Below the pieces are notes generated by a model. It saw nothing but the letters and a program-made list of their open reading frames with translations, did not search any database and was not told where the DNA came from. DNA of 63,961 nucleotides, filler included. It is 4 parts of 4 records of this genome, joined end to end, with 100 filler letters (N's around TTAATTAATTAA, not from the genome) between each part and the next. Parts side by side here need not be neighbours in the genome. Positions count along the whole stretch, not along the records: positions 29,828 to 44,997 come from SRR2962707_1117; positions 45,098 to 58,685 come from SRR2962707_1123; 2 more parts are not named here. One strand, written 5' to 3'. The translations under genes were made by a program, and so were the position numbers. Numbering within the stretch: position 1 is the first letter of the stretch; each line of letters begins with the position of its first letter. Positions 42,001 to 48,114 of the stretch are shown one piece after another.

Positions 42001-44996
42001 GCATCATTGAGGTTGTCATGAGGGCATGTGTCAAAGTTTAAGCAGATTGTGTCGGAGTCGTTGTCGTTGAAGTAATCGTATGGACACGAATCTACGTTAC
42101 CGCAAGCGCCGTCGTCATCTGCGTCATTTTCCGCATCTAGTGGGCAGCCGTCCTGCTCTCCGCACAAGTCATCGCTGTCTGCATCATTGTATGAGTCCAA
42201 ACGGCACGAATCGACATCCCCACATATTAAGTCAGAGTCATGATCGTTGGCAGCATCGTAGGGGCAAGAATCCTCTGCGTGACACAGGGCGTCGCTGTCT
42301 GCATCATCCTCAGCATCAAACGGGCAAATGTCATCAATGTGACAAACGTGGTCACTGTCGGTGTCATCAATGACATCGAAAGGGCAACTGTCAATATTTC
42401 CGCAAAGTGCATCACTATCGTAATCGTTTGCGGCGTCGAGTGGGCAAGAGTCGACGTTTCCGCACAAGTCGTCACCATCAACATCGTTTTCTGCGTCAAA
42501 TGGGCAGTCTTCCAAATTGCCACAAACCATGTCGCTGTCACTGTCGTTGTCCACGTCCTCACTACACGAATCAACGTTGCCACAAATGGCATCGTTGTCA
42601 TGATCATTTTGTCTATCAAGCGGGCATGAGTCAAGGTTAGCACACACAGCATCTGAATCGGCATCGTTTGATTGGTCGTACGGACACGAATCCAAGTTGC
42701 CGCATACTCCATCACTGTCCATGTCATTCTCATTGTCCAGCGGACACATGTCGTTCAAATGGCACTCCACCGTACACGTGCAGGCGCAAATGTCACAAAC
42801 GCCGTCGTTCGCACATTGCCCAAAGTTGGAGCGTCCCTTAGCATAAGTGGCACAGGAACCAAAGCCTGCGACGTTTGTACTCGAACTGTCTTGGCATCTC
42901 CCTTGCACACATATCAAATCACTGTCAGCGTCATTGCCGCTGTCGTACGGACAGCTGTCGAAAAGCAGACAAAGCGAATCGCTGTCCGCATCATTTTGGT
43001 CATCAAGAGGGCAGGAATCTTCATCTGCACAAACGTTGTCGCTGTCAGCGTCATCGCTGGCATCCCATGGGCACACGTCATGCTGTCGGCACACCCGGTC
43101 ACTATCAGCGTCATTCTCTGCGTCTCGCGGACAACTATCTACGTTACCGCAAATCAAGTCTGAATCAACATCGTTGGCCGCATCGTATGGGCAGCTATCT
43201 TCGCTATGGCACAGGGCGTCACTGTCAGCATCGTCTTCAATGTCGTAGGGGCAGATGTCGTCAATGAAACAAACACTGTCACTGTCGGTGTCGTCCACGA
43301 CGTCATATGGACAACTGTCAATGTTGCCACAAAGCGCGTCACTATCGAAGTCGTTGGCCGCATCGAGTGGGCAAGAATCCACATCGGCACAAGCCCCATC
43401 CTTGTCAAAGTCGTCCTCAAAATCGTGGGGGCACACGTCAACGTTTCCGCAAGTGGAGTCGCTGTCCCAGTCGTTCTCAGGATCCTCCGCGCAACTATCA
43501 ACATCACCGCAAACATTGTCGCTGTCCAAATCATTGTCTCCATCATATTGACAGCTGTCCTGATCACTACATGTGGTGTCGCCGTCAACATCGTTTGAAG
43601 CATCATATGGGCAAGAGTCAGCGTCCCCACAAACAATGTCGCTGTCCGCGTCGTTTTCCGCGTCGAAAGGACAATTATCGTCAAGATGGCATTCGCTGCT
43701 GCAAGAGCACGCGCAGATATCGCACACGCCGTCATTCACACAATGACCCGCATTTGAACGACCAGATGCGTAGGTTGCACAAGAACCCTGACCAGCGACG
43801 TCGTTTTGCTTACTATCGCGGCACCGACCTTGAATGCAAATTGAGTCGCTGTCGATATCGTTCAAAGCGTCATAAGGGCATGAGTCAACGTTCCCACATA
43901 CTCCGTCACTGTCGGCATCATTCTCGTAGTCATATGGGCATGAGTCTATGTCACCGCAGATTTCGTCGTCGTCAGCATCATTTTCGAAGTCGTATCGGCA
44001 TTCATCCACGTCTCCACAAATAGCATCGTTGTCGGCATCGTCCTCAATGTCTTCTGGGCAATCCTCTTCATCTCCACAAATATCATCACTGTCAAAATCG
44101 TTTGCGGCATCGTAGGGGCAGCTGTCAACTGGGCCACAAATTTCGTCGCTGTCCGCATCATTCTCAACGTCGCCCGGGCAAGCCTCGTCGGTTGGGCAAA
44201 CTGAGTCACTATCAATGTCGTTTTCTGTGTCGACTGGGCATGGGTCTTCATCGCGACAGAGCAAATCTGAGTCAATATCGTTTGCTGCGTCGTACGGACA
44301 GCTATCGACGTCGCCGCAAATGTAGTCCTCGTCTTTGTCATTTTCACCGTCGCGAGGACACTCTTCTTTGTCACCACACACTCCATCACTGTCGACATCG
44401 TTTTCGGTGTCCAACGGGCATAAATCATCCAAATGACATTCAATACTGCACGTGCACGAACAAAGTGAACAAGCACCGTCGCGCACGCAATTTCCTGCGT
44501 TCGCACGACCATCTGCGTAGGTTGCACAGCCTCCATGCCCACTAATGTCAGCAATGTCACTGTCGGCACAATAGCCTTGCTCGCAAATGCCATCGCTGTC
44601 GCGGTCGTTGAACCCGTCGTATGGACAGCTGTCCATATCCCCACAAAGCAGGTCGTCATCGTAGTCGTTCGATTGGTCACGCGGACACGAGTCCACATCA
44701 CCGCAAACTAAGTCGTGGTCCGAATCGTTCTCTGCATCATATGGGCAACTGTCCATTGTTCCACAAATACCGTCACTGTCAGCATCGTGTTCAAAGTCGT
44801 AGGGACACAAATCATCTAGGCCGCACTCAACCCCGCAAGCGCAGGCACATGAATTGCAAACTCTATGTGCGACGCAGTTTCCATGGTTGTAGAAACCGGC
44901 TTCGTACGTGCCACAGGGACCATAGCCGGCAGCGTCACCGGCTTTATCGTTGCATTTACCTTGGACGCAAATTTGATCACTGTCTGCATCGTTTTC
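30054..44996 (-). CDS. Giant eukaryotic single-pass membrane protein (>=4980 aa, 5'-truncated): TSP3-like repeats, 8-Cys modules, TMEM132-like cohesin/Ig block, cohesin, dockerin, TM, WW
   Basis: The frame stays open from the contig edge (ENDADSDQICVQGKC...) to TAA at 30054-30056. The ORF-track start at 44810 is an internal TTG. Domains were recognised by motif (see sub-features). Confidence 0.9.
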   Translation of the reverse strand, partial: ENDADSDQICVQGKCNDKAGDAAGYGPCGTYEAGFYNHGNCVAHRVCNSCACACGVECGLDDLCPYDFEHDADSDGICGTMDSCPYDAENDSDHDLVCGDVDSCPRDQSNDYDDDLLCGDMDSCPYDGFNDRDSDGICEQGYCADSDIADISGHGGCATYADGRANAGNCVRDGACSLCSCTCSIECHLDDLCPLDTENDVDSDGVCGDKEECPRDGENDKDEDYICGDVDSCPYDAANDIDSDLLCRDEDPCPVDTENDIDSDSVCPTDEACPGDVENDADSDEICGPVDSCPYDAANDFDSDDICGDEEDCPEDIEDDADNDAICGDVDECRYDFENDADDDEICGDIDSCPYDYENDADSDGVCGNVDSCPYDALNDIDSDSICIQGRCRDSKQNDVAGQGSCATYASGRSNAGHCVNDGVCDICACSCSSECHLDDNCPFDAENDADSDIVCGDADSCPYDASNDVDGDTTCSDQDSCQYDGDNDLDSDNVCGDVDSCAEDPENDWDSDSTCGNVDVCPHDFEDDFDKDGACADVDSCPLDAANDFDSDALCGNIDSCPYDVVDDTDSDSVCFIDDICPYDIEDDADSDALCHSEDSCPYDAANDVDSDLICGNVDSCPRDAENDADSDRVCRQHDVCPWDASDDADSDNVCADEDSCPLDDQNDADSDSLCLLFDSCPYDSGNDADSDLICVQGRCQDSSSTNVAGFGSCATYAKGRSNFGQCANDGVCDICACTCTVECHLNDMCPLDNENDMDSDGVCGNLDSCPYDQSNDADSDAVCANLDSCPLDRQNDHDNDAICGNVDSCSEDVDNDSDSDMVCGNLEDCPFDAENDVDGDDLCGNVDSCPLDAANDYDSDALCGNIDSCPFDVIDDTDSDHVCHIDDICPFDAEDDADSDALCHAEDSCPYDAANDHDSDLICGDVDSCRLDSYNDADSDDLCGEQDGCPLDAENDADDDGACGNVDSCPYDYFNDNDSDTICLNFDTCPHDNLNDADSDELCTYKDECADGDNEDTDSDGVCAMFDSCPNDANNDDDGDNVCLPFDACPNDHENDTDQDGICGDVDSCAFDPENDWDSDNLCAATQCEDDVSFKFLEFNCISYHVGQVNFGQCVRDNVCEICGCACELQCSEIDPCPHDAENDIDSDGLCSTVDSCPYDAENDGDSDTICSDADSCPVDGNNDSDDDMLCDSFDSCPYDAENDSDGDNICVQGMCQDSKALDVAGAGPCGTYVRGRANNGKCVADGVCEVCSCSCSTECRLSDPCPHDVYNDADSDGVCADFDSCPFDGNNDIDDDLMCAQDDSCPFDRYNDGDSDNLCREDDSCPYDAENDADGDAVCSPDDACPRDAEHDADSDELCGEVDSCPYDAENDGDNDALCSNQDSCPYDRMNDIDSDLMCVQGFCRDSKAPDVGGFGSCFTYGMGRANYGKCKLDGVCNLCACTCSDECGLDDPCPFDAENDADSDSTCGNEDDCRYDALNDFDNDYVCGDVDSCASDAANDGDSDSLCFDVDSCPFDPDNDADGDGLCAQDDECALDAEHDADSDDICGNVDSCPYDSANDFDSDDVCGNVDSCSEDGENDIDSDAICGERDRCPNDAENDADLDGICGSIDSCRHDFFQDQDSDNICSDLDSCERDSMNDADSDDICGNNDRCPFDAENDADNDGLCRQECHWTTSPQASNMTTASPGRVVLSCTLSDKCPYDAENDPDSDNICSNVDSCPYDTENDFDSDSICVAGRCHDSNASDIVGHGPCDSYLPGRANYGFCERDQVCAVCGCSCEVECILNDACPYDSEHDADSDGICGDEDSCPYDNDNDRDSDDVCGDVDSCSTDSNNDADDDGICDPLFCIDDPTFDSGFGDCLSYARANFEFCVADEGACDACCACADVCGRVDHCANDPENDIDSDAVCGDADSCPYDNQNDEDGDGYCGNDGFNSPIEVELAAMTTNAFKVHGAVVSTGGGAYFEKTRNITSTQLVRSFHQRAPYSLTASLQGAFAISTATVHVPDTVDTSVNMVLRTLTAHVDSNGIVATVWTSGPGFASKAGSPVQLIVELGTNSQLISCGTLQSASGVNCKGTVPISWFSADAQVATVYALLAGEQHSDEHVLSLAPVPTFTNALSDVGLLATLPWFSSVPGGSFLVDLFVHTGTGSSTFALGVWVAQIDWSDQFELVADSFTSDIFDLTITTLSSGLRVSASFKSGVESDDLTSTHLFVGAFRLKTSASASLGDEVAAITSISSLTLVSTSSRKILDDTTGYVSSIVGIGTSGVMNIEATSYVGIQVYVDADNNEQEFVNTAQFGTEPGSAQVTALAVRSCHTNGVSVTACAEGNSKLDVTSAVSCASDDASLIGINANCATFLNSSMTAGGDASVTVTYGSFTQSLVLFRVWLPVSVQVSVRDNTLNAIDFVSQNCSASNETAWYQWSPVVASASVLGPVTVSHIDVTRFVSFKVVDPQGRDSDLAHVENDLLYGLTPGDGEVTISCNGVACNVTPARFVVSDVKVRLSSLEAYVLSGLELTRGMQFSEDQFSNYGDANVTVSAVQALNSEGDRAHVFAFAHFSDEESAPVKHSLNVSVLASTSLVVVNATNAELEIPIGAVEQAGSDFVHVALAKCDVAQVEAWPYVNVEMPPIVAIGVSIDNGNIVHAADPLAAVPVLQATQATVTVTAIFEDGQEIDFSQDSRTAISTLSEESVIFTAANVIAVRSQSVKAANVTITVNLGAFAPNVTGFAYLQIDKFESLHLSTSAFPACNSQQCLDKVTMAPLQFASNSFQRLSANLFAKSVMKHTYEVGVGRAVDVTISDVEVATIVDACGSSGPCTVSQGELQTKQIQGIGSGNCTLTAVWANQTTSCALTSLDSPVTVVDIQIVSPATSYIVGLLGSEHALTLALTFDDDTQFSAVQTIAGGDGDWVELSTYLSFASSNTDYVSMSSVGVVELTGNTPGDDTVQIHIASLGDNSVGTSKRLATNLNPDTFDVDVGNLAGSPFFFECAATGTFDLPVRINTGGQPLTAFQILLEFDHAVISAAAAAAGKDWPATFDATLNDPVTAVQIIGAGGSVTGASAELAIITFMCKGSGATEITGTVIETLTLNNNVLGEKSRRIVSGSGVLSTDFTDRRQLVAAIANRRRPQVPIHHRRMLEDDQSCNMTGDVNWDCSVSVTDLSWVKTYLAGGSLAYTHEQEQITSMDVDKNGVVDAVDASFLLYALGNKYRFQSSNGFSISQPQDGSCELSLSISFVYADGTPVAADGKTKILLEVATVLNKQYLLESASTANKVESSTDGIVVVMAAAGNGTFTVQLEMPFPEEIEFVALMYTFDSNGDTSVQRRFPWYGSSFGDFGEAGFTFEALTSFQYTCCIDMDSDGLCTNGVRANDQCPTDTENDIDSDGVCAEVDSCPYDTFNDKDSDLVCAPTDTCPFDTENDADSDGICETDDSCKYDNENDADSDNICELHYCEDDPAFRSPVDGGTCMAYAHNRHNFGHCVEDGACSRCACTCAVECGLIDVCSHDAENDVDSDGQCADEDSCPHDAENDADSDGICSDADSCPYDILNDADSDAICAMDMNVCREDTYFDNGLGSCHTYRAISYNAGSCVRDGVCNVCPCSCATECGFQDLCPQDTENDIDSDDVCGDVELCPHDPNNDADSDALCGDVDSCAQDPANDVDSDLVCADVDSCPYDTGNDSDGDMVCDIFDPCPEDSDDDVDSDGICGTSDACPQDAANDFDSDGICGNVDSCPFDDQNDSDNDGLCEHVDSCPEDVANDIDSDRVCASIDACPFDNRNDWDQDAICGDVDSCPFDAENDADSDHICHPGTCMDETDWDAGFGRCFTYTRANKGNCRADGACDDGGHCGCSCASECGFRDECPHDPDNDADSDGICGNVDSCALDQENDLDDDNLCGNVDRCPLDVANDADSDSLCESIDSCATDALNDEDSDLLCEDDDTCPADPANDIDGDNLCSSEDTCPFDRDNDADGDGACQDTYDSADVALVRTLEIMCLSGEMADILMSNFSLATQYAARDSTFSTNDGTVSAEIRMNIVGDAVDISSGLNSQLGDVLALRLQLHRNLLSLDARLVHMSQSDTGRRERMLAAATWDLVIYVNVAFDNCLNDPTGRDVDSDLICLADDSCPQDVLNDVDEDGLCESSDACWYDNQNDEDSDGLCENGDGSLCRDDLSIDIGFGSCNTYGIGEHNNGRCLQHGLCNVCGCACHDECSDECPLDAENDADSDGICADIDSCPYDAENDADFDNMCADDDPCPQDWYNDFDNDGQCGDIDPCPWRTNLVDRTAMEPNLIGNDFVCSVDGLDEIILYSYIFDDECTSSVAEVAWARPCDGTYPCVESATSTSFDLVPTTSPTTTQYNDDLVAFLAYCLEQAYTEVLGFTRAGAPRDQTVALQFYDISFDLSASLDADNEKFLTYVYKVQVPYNATLNEQQAVSEVAARTSESSLNPDCVPSAGVPVVAYQLAVTEPPEIVDLTWLWVVIACVVLLIIVIIIVVVVMQKKHEHLNRKVHMMPVGGYPMPPGMVSSAAVVPKDSRSGVELMPSPRHAQGSESPQLAAADSPSPATRETKDSPSRETTPRLSTTPRQATGDVPEFLHSFSRKTKDNTSEKEEELDMKTIAASHQAAREWVQCTDANGFPYYYSGPLGRSQWERPAALNHKALQMSDVVVSDALKFQRELAKARLKKIGAATPPDGPRPADVGVVGPPVMLSLSRSSSRLGGVESLSKIKPVRAVGGGAVLDVADDADDGSPGPAAVRRRRRARSKKSQAIATAEAGELGVGTDSVDHEPAASRASIVRAGPGARRLRSRRSAAATTVVDSSVGVSRKSARSTRRRRRKNHTATHQDQDTSGGGEADDSQVEAKSGSARRSRRRTPATALKAEETSMLEPAGAQTGTSKWRGEEQASTFTDRLQNISTRGDSVNTEGKVGSGRTRRRKASSTGAVIEGEEEALDDWFYGGEALKDADAQQKRGQQKR
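31023..31109 (-). other. WW domain in cytoplasmic tail
   Basis: REWVQCTDANGFPYYYSGPLGRSQWERP has W, the YYY aromatic triplet and WxxP. Confidence 0.85.
31488..31559 (-). other. Single transmembrane helix
   Basis: TWLWVVIACVVLLIIVIIIVVVVM followed by QKKH (positive-inside). Confidence 0.92.
32150..32680 (-). repeat. TSP type-3-like repeat block 3
   Basis: About 6 units of CPxDxxNDxDxDGxCxxxDx plus one 8-Cys insert. Confidence 0.85.
33054..34926 (-). repeat. TSP type-3-like repeat block 2
   Basis: About 23 20-aa units (estimate) plus three 8-Cys inserts. Confidence 0.88.
35367..35540 (-). other. Dockerin-like domain
   Basis: Duplicated Ca-loop/helix motifs GDVNWDCSVSVTDLSWVKTYL and MDVDKNGVVDAVDASFLLYAL. 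Confidence 0.8.
35700..36010 (-). other. Cohesin-like domain 2
   Basis: GTFDLPVRINT...LTAFQILLEFDHAVI...ELAIITF matches the cohesin strand pattern. Confidence 0.7.
37100..38620 (-). other. TMEM132-like block (cohesin-like domain plus three Ig-like domains)
   Basis: FVNTAQF, CASDD, VWLP...DNTLNAI, YQ, DVTRFV, LYGLTPG, VSDVKVRLSSLEAYVLSGLEL and AHFSD follow the order of TMEM132 conserved motifs as I recall them. Confidence 0.7.
39195..44996 (-). repeat. TSP type-3-like repeat block 1 (60-bp period)
   Basis: About 75 units (estimate) of consensus CPYDAENDADSDGICGDVDS plus nine 8-Cys inserts. Confidence 0.9.
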
Positions 44997-44997
44997 G

Positions 44998-45097
44998 NNN
45001 NNNNNNNNNNNNNNNNNNNNNNNNNNNNNNNNNNNNNNNNNTTAATTAATTAANNNNNNNNNNNNNNNNNNNNNNNNNNNNNNNNNNNNNNNNNNNN
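44998..45097. other. Artificial contig-join spacer
   Basis: N44-TTAATTAATTAA-N44. Confidence 0.98.
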
Positions 45098-45232
45098 CCA
45101 CATCCAGTTGAGGTTCTTGGGGGTCGGCATCATAATGGTGTCGTACAGCAGTCCGATCACCGGCAGGCGGCGATGCACCCACTTTTCGGCACCGGATTTC
45201 GGTTCGTAATGGTCGTGCGGAATTCCAGCCAT
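45098..45232 (-). CDS. petB: Cytochrome b, 5' end (partial)
   Basis: [12 protein letters not shown]...RLP...[10 protein letters not shown], a Rhodobacteraceae-type N-terminus, downstream of petA. Confidence 0.93.
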
Positions 45233-45243
45233 TTCTCTCTCCC

Positions 45244-45807
45244 TTACCCGAGAACGATCGTGGTTTCGTCAGCGAACTCGGCCGGGGGCACCGGGAGGTT
45301 GCGCGGTGCGGGGCCCTTGCGGATGCGGCCCGCAGTATCGTAGTGCGATCCGTGGCAGGGGCAGAACCAGCCATCGTAGTCGCCCGAATTATTGCCCAGC
45401 GGCACACACCCAAGGTGGGTGCAGACACCCATCATGACTAACCACTTGCCTGCTTCGTCAAGGGTGCGGTTCTCGTCTGTGGCTTCTGCCTCGGACGAAA
45501 GATTGTCGTTCCGCGCAACCTGGTCGACCAGTTCCGACACTTCGACGGCGCGACCTTCCTCAATTTCCTTGTCGGTGCGCAGACGGATAAAGACCGGCTT
45601 GCCCAGCCATTTAACCGTCAGCTGCGTACCTTCCGACACGCCGGCTACATCGACCCGGATCGACGACATTGCGAGAACGTCGGCCGAAGGGTTCATCTGA
45701 TTGACCAGTGGCCAGACTACTGCACCGGTGGCGACAACTCCGGCACCTGCGGTGGCGTAGTAGAGAAAATCTCTCCGGGTGCCTGCGTGATCGTCTGCGT
45801 GTGACAC
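45244..45807 (-). CDS. petA: Rieske Fe-S subunit of the bc1 complex
   Basis: Tat motif TRRDFL and Rieske motifs CTHLGC and CPCHGS. Confidence 0.97.
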   Translation of the reverse strand: MSHADDHAGTRRDFLYYATAGAGVVATGAVVWPLVNQMNPSADVLAMSSIRVDVAGVSEGTQLTVKWLGKPVFIRLRTDKEIEEGRAVEVSELVDQVARNDNLSSEAEATDENRTLDEAGKWLVMMGVCTHLGCVPLGNNSGDYDGWFCPCHGSHYDTAGRIRKGPAPRNLPVPPAEFADETTIVLG

Positions 45808-46038
45808 GAGGTTTACTCCATTCCTGGGCCGTTGAAGGGGCCGAGACTAAAAGATCTGCCATGAAATTTCATGGCCTTATCGTCGGGGTGTTTAACGGGG
45901 TCCCCGGGTTGCGTCCAGAACTCAAAATCGCGTGTTCGTGAAAAGCGCGGATGTGTCGCGGTTGTGAGCCATAATAAGTAATTATATGACACCGGAAGAG
46001 TCGATGACCGCAAGGTCGTGCCCGTAAGGAATAAGGCG

Positions 46039-46704
46039 ATGAAACAAGCAATTTTTATAAAATGCGCTATTGGTGCAACGGCTATCGTGCTTCTTGCAGG
46101 TCCGGCTGCGGCTGAAATGGAGCTTTCTGTGTATTCTGGCTGGCAAACTGCGCCGCACAGTCGGCTGAGCGGGGACTATCCCGGGGGCGGTTCGTACGAC
46201 GCCCTGATTGGCTGGGATGGCAAGTCATTCGAGATGCCGCTCTATTATGGCGTGCGGGGCACCTGGTGGAAGGACGAGCGAATCGGCTTTGGCCTGGAAT
46301 TCACACACACCAAGGTCTACGCGCCGGACGACGAAGCAGCGTCAATCGGATTCGAGAACTTTGAATTTACTGATGGCCAAAACATCCTGACGGTGAACGC
46401 CTTGCGCCGCTGGCCGGATCAATGGCGGGGGCTGACGCCCTATGTCGGCGGCGGGCTTGGTATCGCGGTGCCGCATGTGGATGCCGAAACGACCGGCGGT
46501 GACAAGACATATGGCTATCAGCTGACCGGCCCTGCGGTACGTCTGATCGCCGGGGCAAGCTATGATATCAGCGACCGGGTTGCGGTCTTTGGCGAGTATC
46601 AGTTCGTCTACTCCACCAACGAAGGCGATCTTGATGGCGGCGGAACATTTCAGACAGACATCAAGACCAACGCTCTGAACGTCGGACTGTCGTTGAAGTT
46701 CTGA
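46039..46704 (+). CDS. Outer-membrane beta-barrel, LpxQ (lipid A oxidase)-like
   Basis: Signal peptide, then [34 protein letters not shown] and PHV, with a C-terminal Phe. Confidence 0.75.
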   Translation: MKQAIFIKCAIGATAIVLLAGPAAAEMELSVYSGWQTAPHSRLSGDYPGGGSYDALIGWDGKSFEMPLYYGVRGTWWKDERIGFGLEFTHTKVYAPDDEAASIGFENFEFTDGQNILTVNALRRWPDQWRGLTPYVGGGLGIAVPHVDAETTGGDKTYGYQLTGPAVRLIAGASYDISDRVAVFGEYQFVYSTNEGDLDGGGTFQTDIKTNALNVGLSLKF

Positions 46705-46723
46705 TCCGTATTCCATGGATTTG

Positions 46724-46754
46724 AAGAGGCCCCTGTTTCAGGGGCCTCTTTTTT
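46724..46754 (+). terminator. Terminator after lpxQ-like gene
   Basis: AAGAGGCCCCTG-TTT-CAGGGGCCTCTT-TTTT. Confidence 0.85.
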
Positions 46755-46810
46755 GTAACCTGCGCGCCGGTTCGGGTCGGTTCCGGCCCCAAGGGGGCTA
46801 CTTTGTCAGA

Positions 46811-47419
46811 TCAGGCAGGCGGTTGGGTTGCCAGCATTGAGGGGCGTTCGGCAAAGCCCTTGTGCCATGCGGCAAGTGTGTCGCGCCCGGCGCGCCAGTT
46901 GCGTGCGTCATGGCGCAGATCGATATAGGACAGCGCCGCGGCGATGGCGATATGGCTCATGTCCAGCCGACCGTGCAGATGGCTGATCCACAGACTGTTG
47001 AGGGCTGTCAGGGCGCGGTCCACCTTGGTCCATTGCGCCTCGACCCACTCGGGGGATTGTTTGTCCTCGGGGCGCACACGCGCCTCGTAGACCATCAACA
47101 CCGCGGCTTCCATAATACCATCGGCCGTCGCCTCAAGCGTCAGAACCTCCCAAAGACGGTTTTCGGGGTAAAGATTGGCCTCGGCGCGGTGATCCAAGAA
47201 CCGGCAGATGACGCGGCTGTCATAGATCGCAGGTCCATCTTCGCGGATCAGTGTCGGGATCTTACCCACCGGGTTGGCGGAGGTGACGGTCACATCCGGG
47301 TTCGTCGGCGTGTTCGCGACGGGAACAACCTCGACATCGCCGGTCTGGCCGGTTTCGTGCAGGGTTATCATGACTTTGCGCACAAAGGGCGAGGCAGGAG
47401 AGCTGAGAAGTTTCATCAT
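46811..47419 (-). CDS. Glutathione S-transferase family
   Basis: Motifs SPFVRKV, NPVGKIP and DSRVI. Confidence 0.9.
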   Translation of the reverse strand: MMKLLSSPASPFVRKVMITLHETGQTGDVEVVPVANTPTNPDVTVTSANPVGKIPTLIREDGPAIYDSRVICRFLDHRAEANLYPENRLWEVLTLEATADGIMEAAVLMVYEARVRPEDKQSPEWVEAQWTKVDRALTALNSLWISHLHGRLDMSHIAIAAALSYIDLRHDARNWRAGRDTLAAWHKGFAERPSMLATQPPA

Positions 47420-47489
47420 CTGGGGTCCTTTCGATCGGGATCATTCCCGAAAATTTGGCAATTCGCGCGGACTTTATAAAGGGCATCGG

Positions 47490-48110
47490 TCAAAGTCTGG
47501 GTGGGTTGCGCATCAGATCGGCGAGTGCACCGGTTTGGACACCGATCCCCGAGTCGGCAATCGCCTCTGCCGCGCCAAGCCGCGCGGCGTCGGGTTTGTT
47601 CTGGCCCAGCTTCCAGGTGGCTTCGATTGCCGTGATGTGCAGCCGGAACGGCAGGATCATTCGCATCATGCGTTCCAGAACTTCGGTCGTCATCTTGGGC
47701 GTTTGCCAGATGGGTTTGGGCGCCAGCCGGCCCTCGTAAGCCTCTGATTGACGGTCAAGCATGGCACGCATTTCGGACTCGGGCAGGTGTTCCAGCGTGC
47801 CGGTCAGGTGCACTGCGACATAGTTCCATGTCGGGACCTGATCGGCCATACCGTACCAGTCGGGCGAGACATAGCCATCCGGGCCGCTGACGGCGATGAC
47901 TGCGGTATGGTCACCCCTCAGTCGTGCGATGGGGTTTGATCGGACAAGATGCAGATCGGCATGGCTGCCATCTTCGGACAACAGGAAAGGAATGTGCGAC
48001 AGCAGCGGTGCGCCATCGGTGCTGACCGCCAGCACGCCAAAGCCGCGCTCGCGGGCAAGGCTGATGTCCTTGGCGTGGTCTGCTGAATGAAAGATCGGGT
48101 TGGGGTGCAT
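47490..48110 (-). CDS. PaiB-like FMN-binding split-barrel protein
   Basis: Motifs SHIPF, YVSPDWY, VPTWNYVAVH and KLGQN. Confidence 0.87.
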   Translation of the reverse strand: MHPNPIFHSADHAKDISLARERGFGVLAVSTDGAPLLSHIPFLLSEDGSHADLHLVRSNPIARLRGDHTAVIAVSGPDGYVSPDWYGMADQVPTWNYVAVHLTGTLEHLPESEMRAMLDRQSEAYEGRLAPKPIWQTPKMTTEVLERMMRMILPFRLHITAIEATWKLGQNKPDAARLGAAEAIADSGIGVQTGALADLMRNPPRL

Positions 48111-48114
48111 GGGG

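Noticed and set aside
30054-44996. Giant gene as a bacterial adhesin or a horizontal transfer into the flanking alphaproteobacteria
   Set aside because: It lies on its own contig between artificial spacers. It has a WW domain, a type I TM layout and a spliced neighbour.
39195-44996. 60-bp periodicity as a CRISPR array or satellite
   Set aside because: There is no invariant repeat with unique spacers. Variation is codon-structured within one open frame, and no cas genes are present.
32108-45049. Many overlapping 60-345 aa ORFs on other frames
   Set aside because: These are shadows of the periodic Asp/Cys codon pattern and contain no recognisable motifs.
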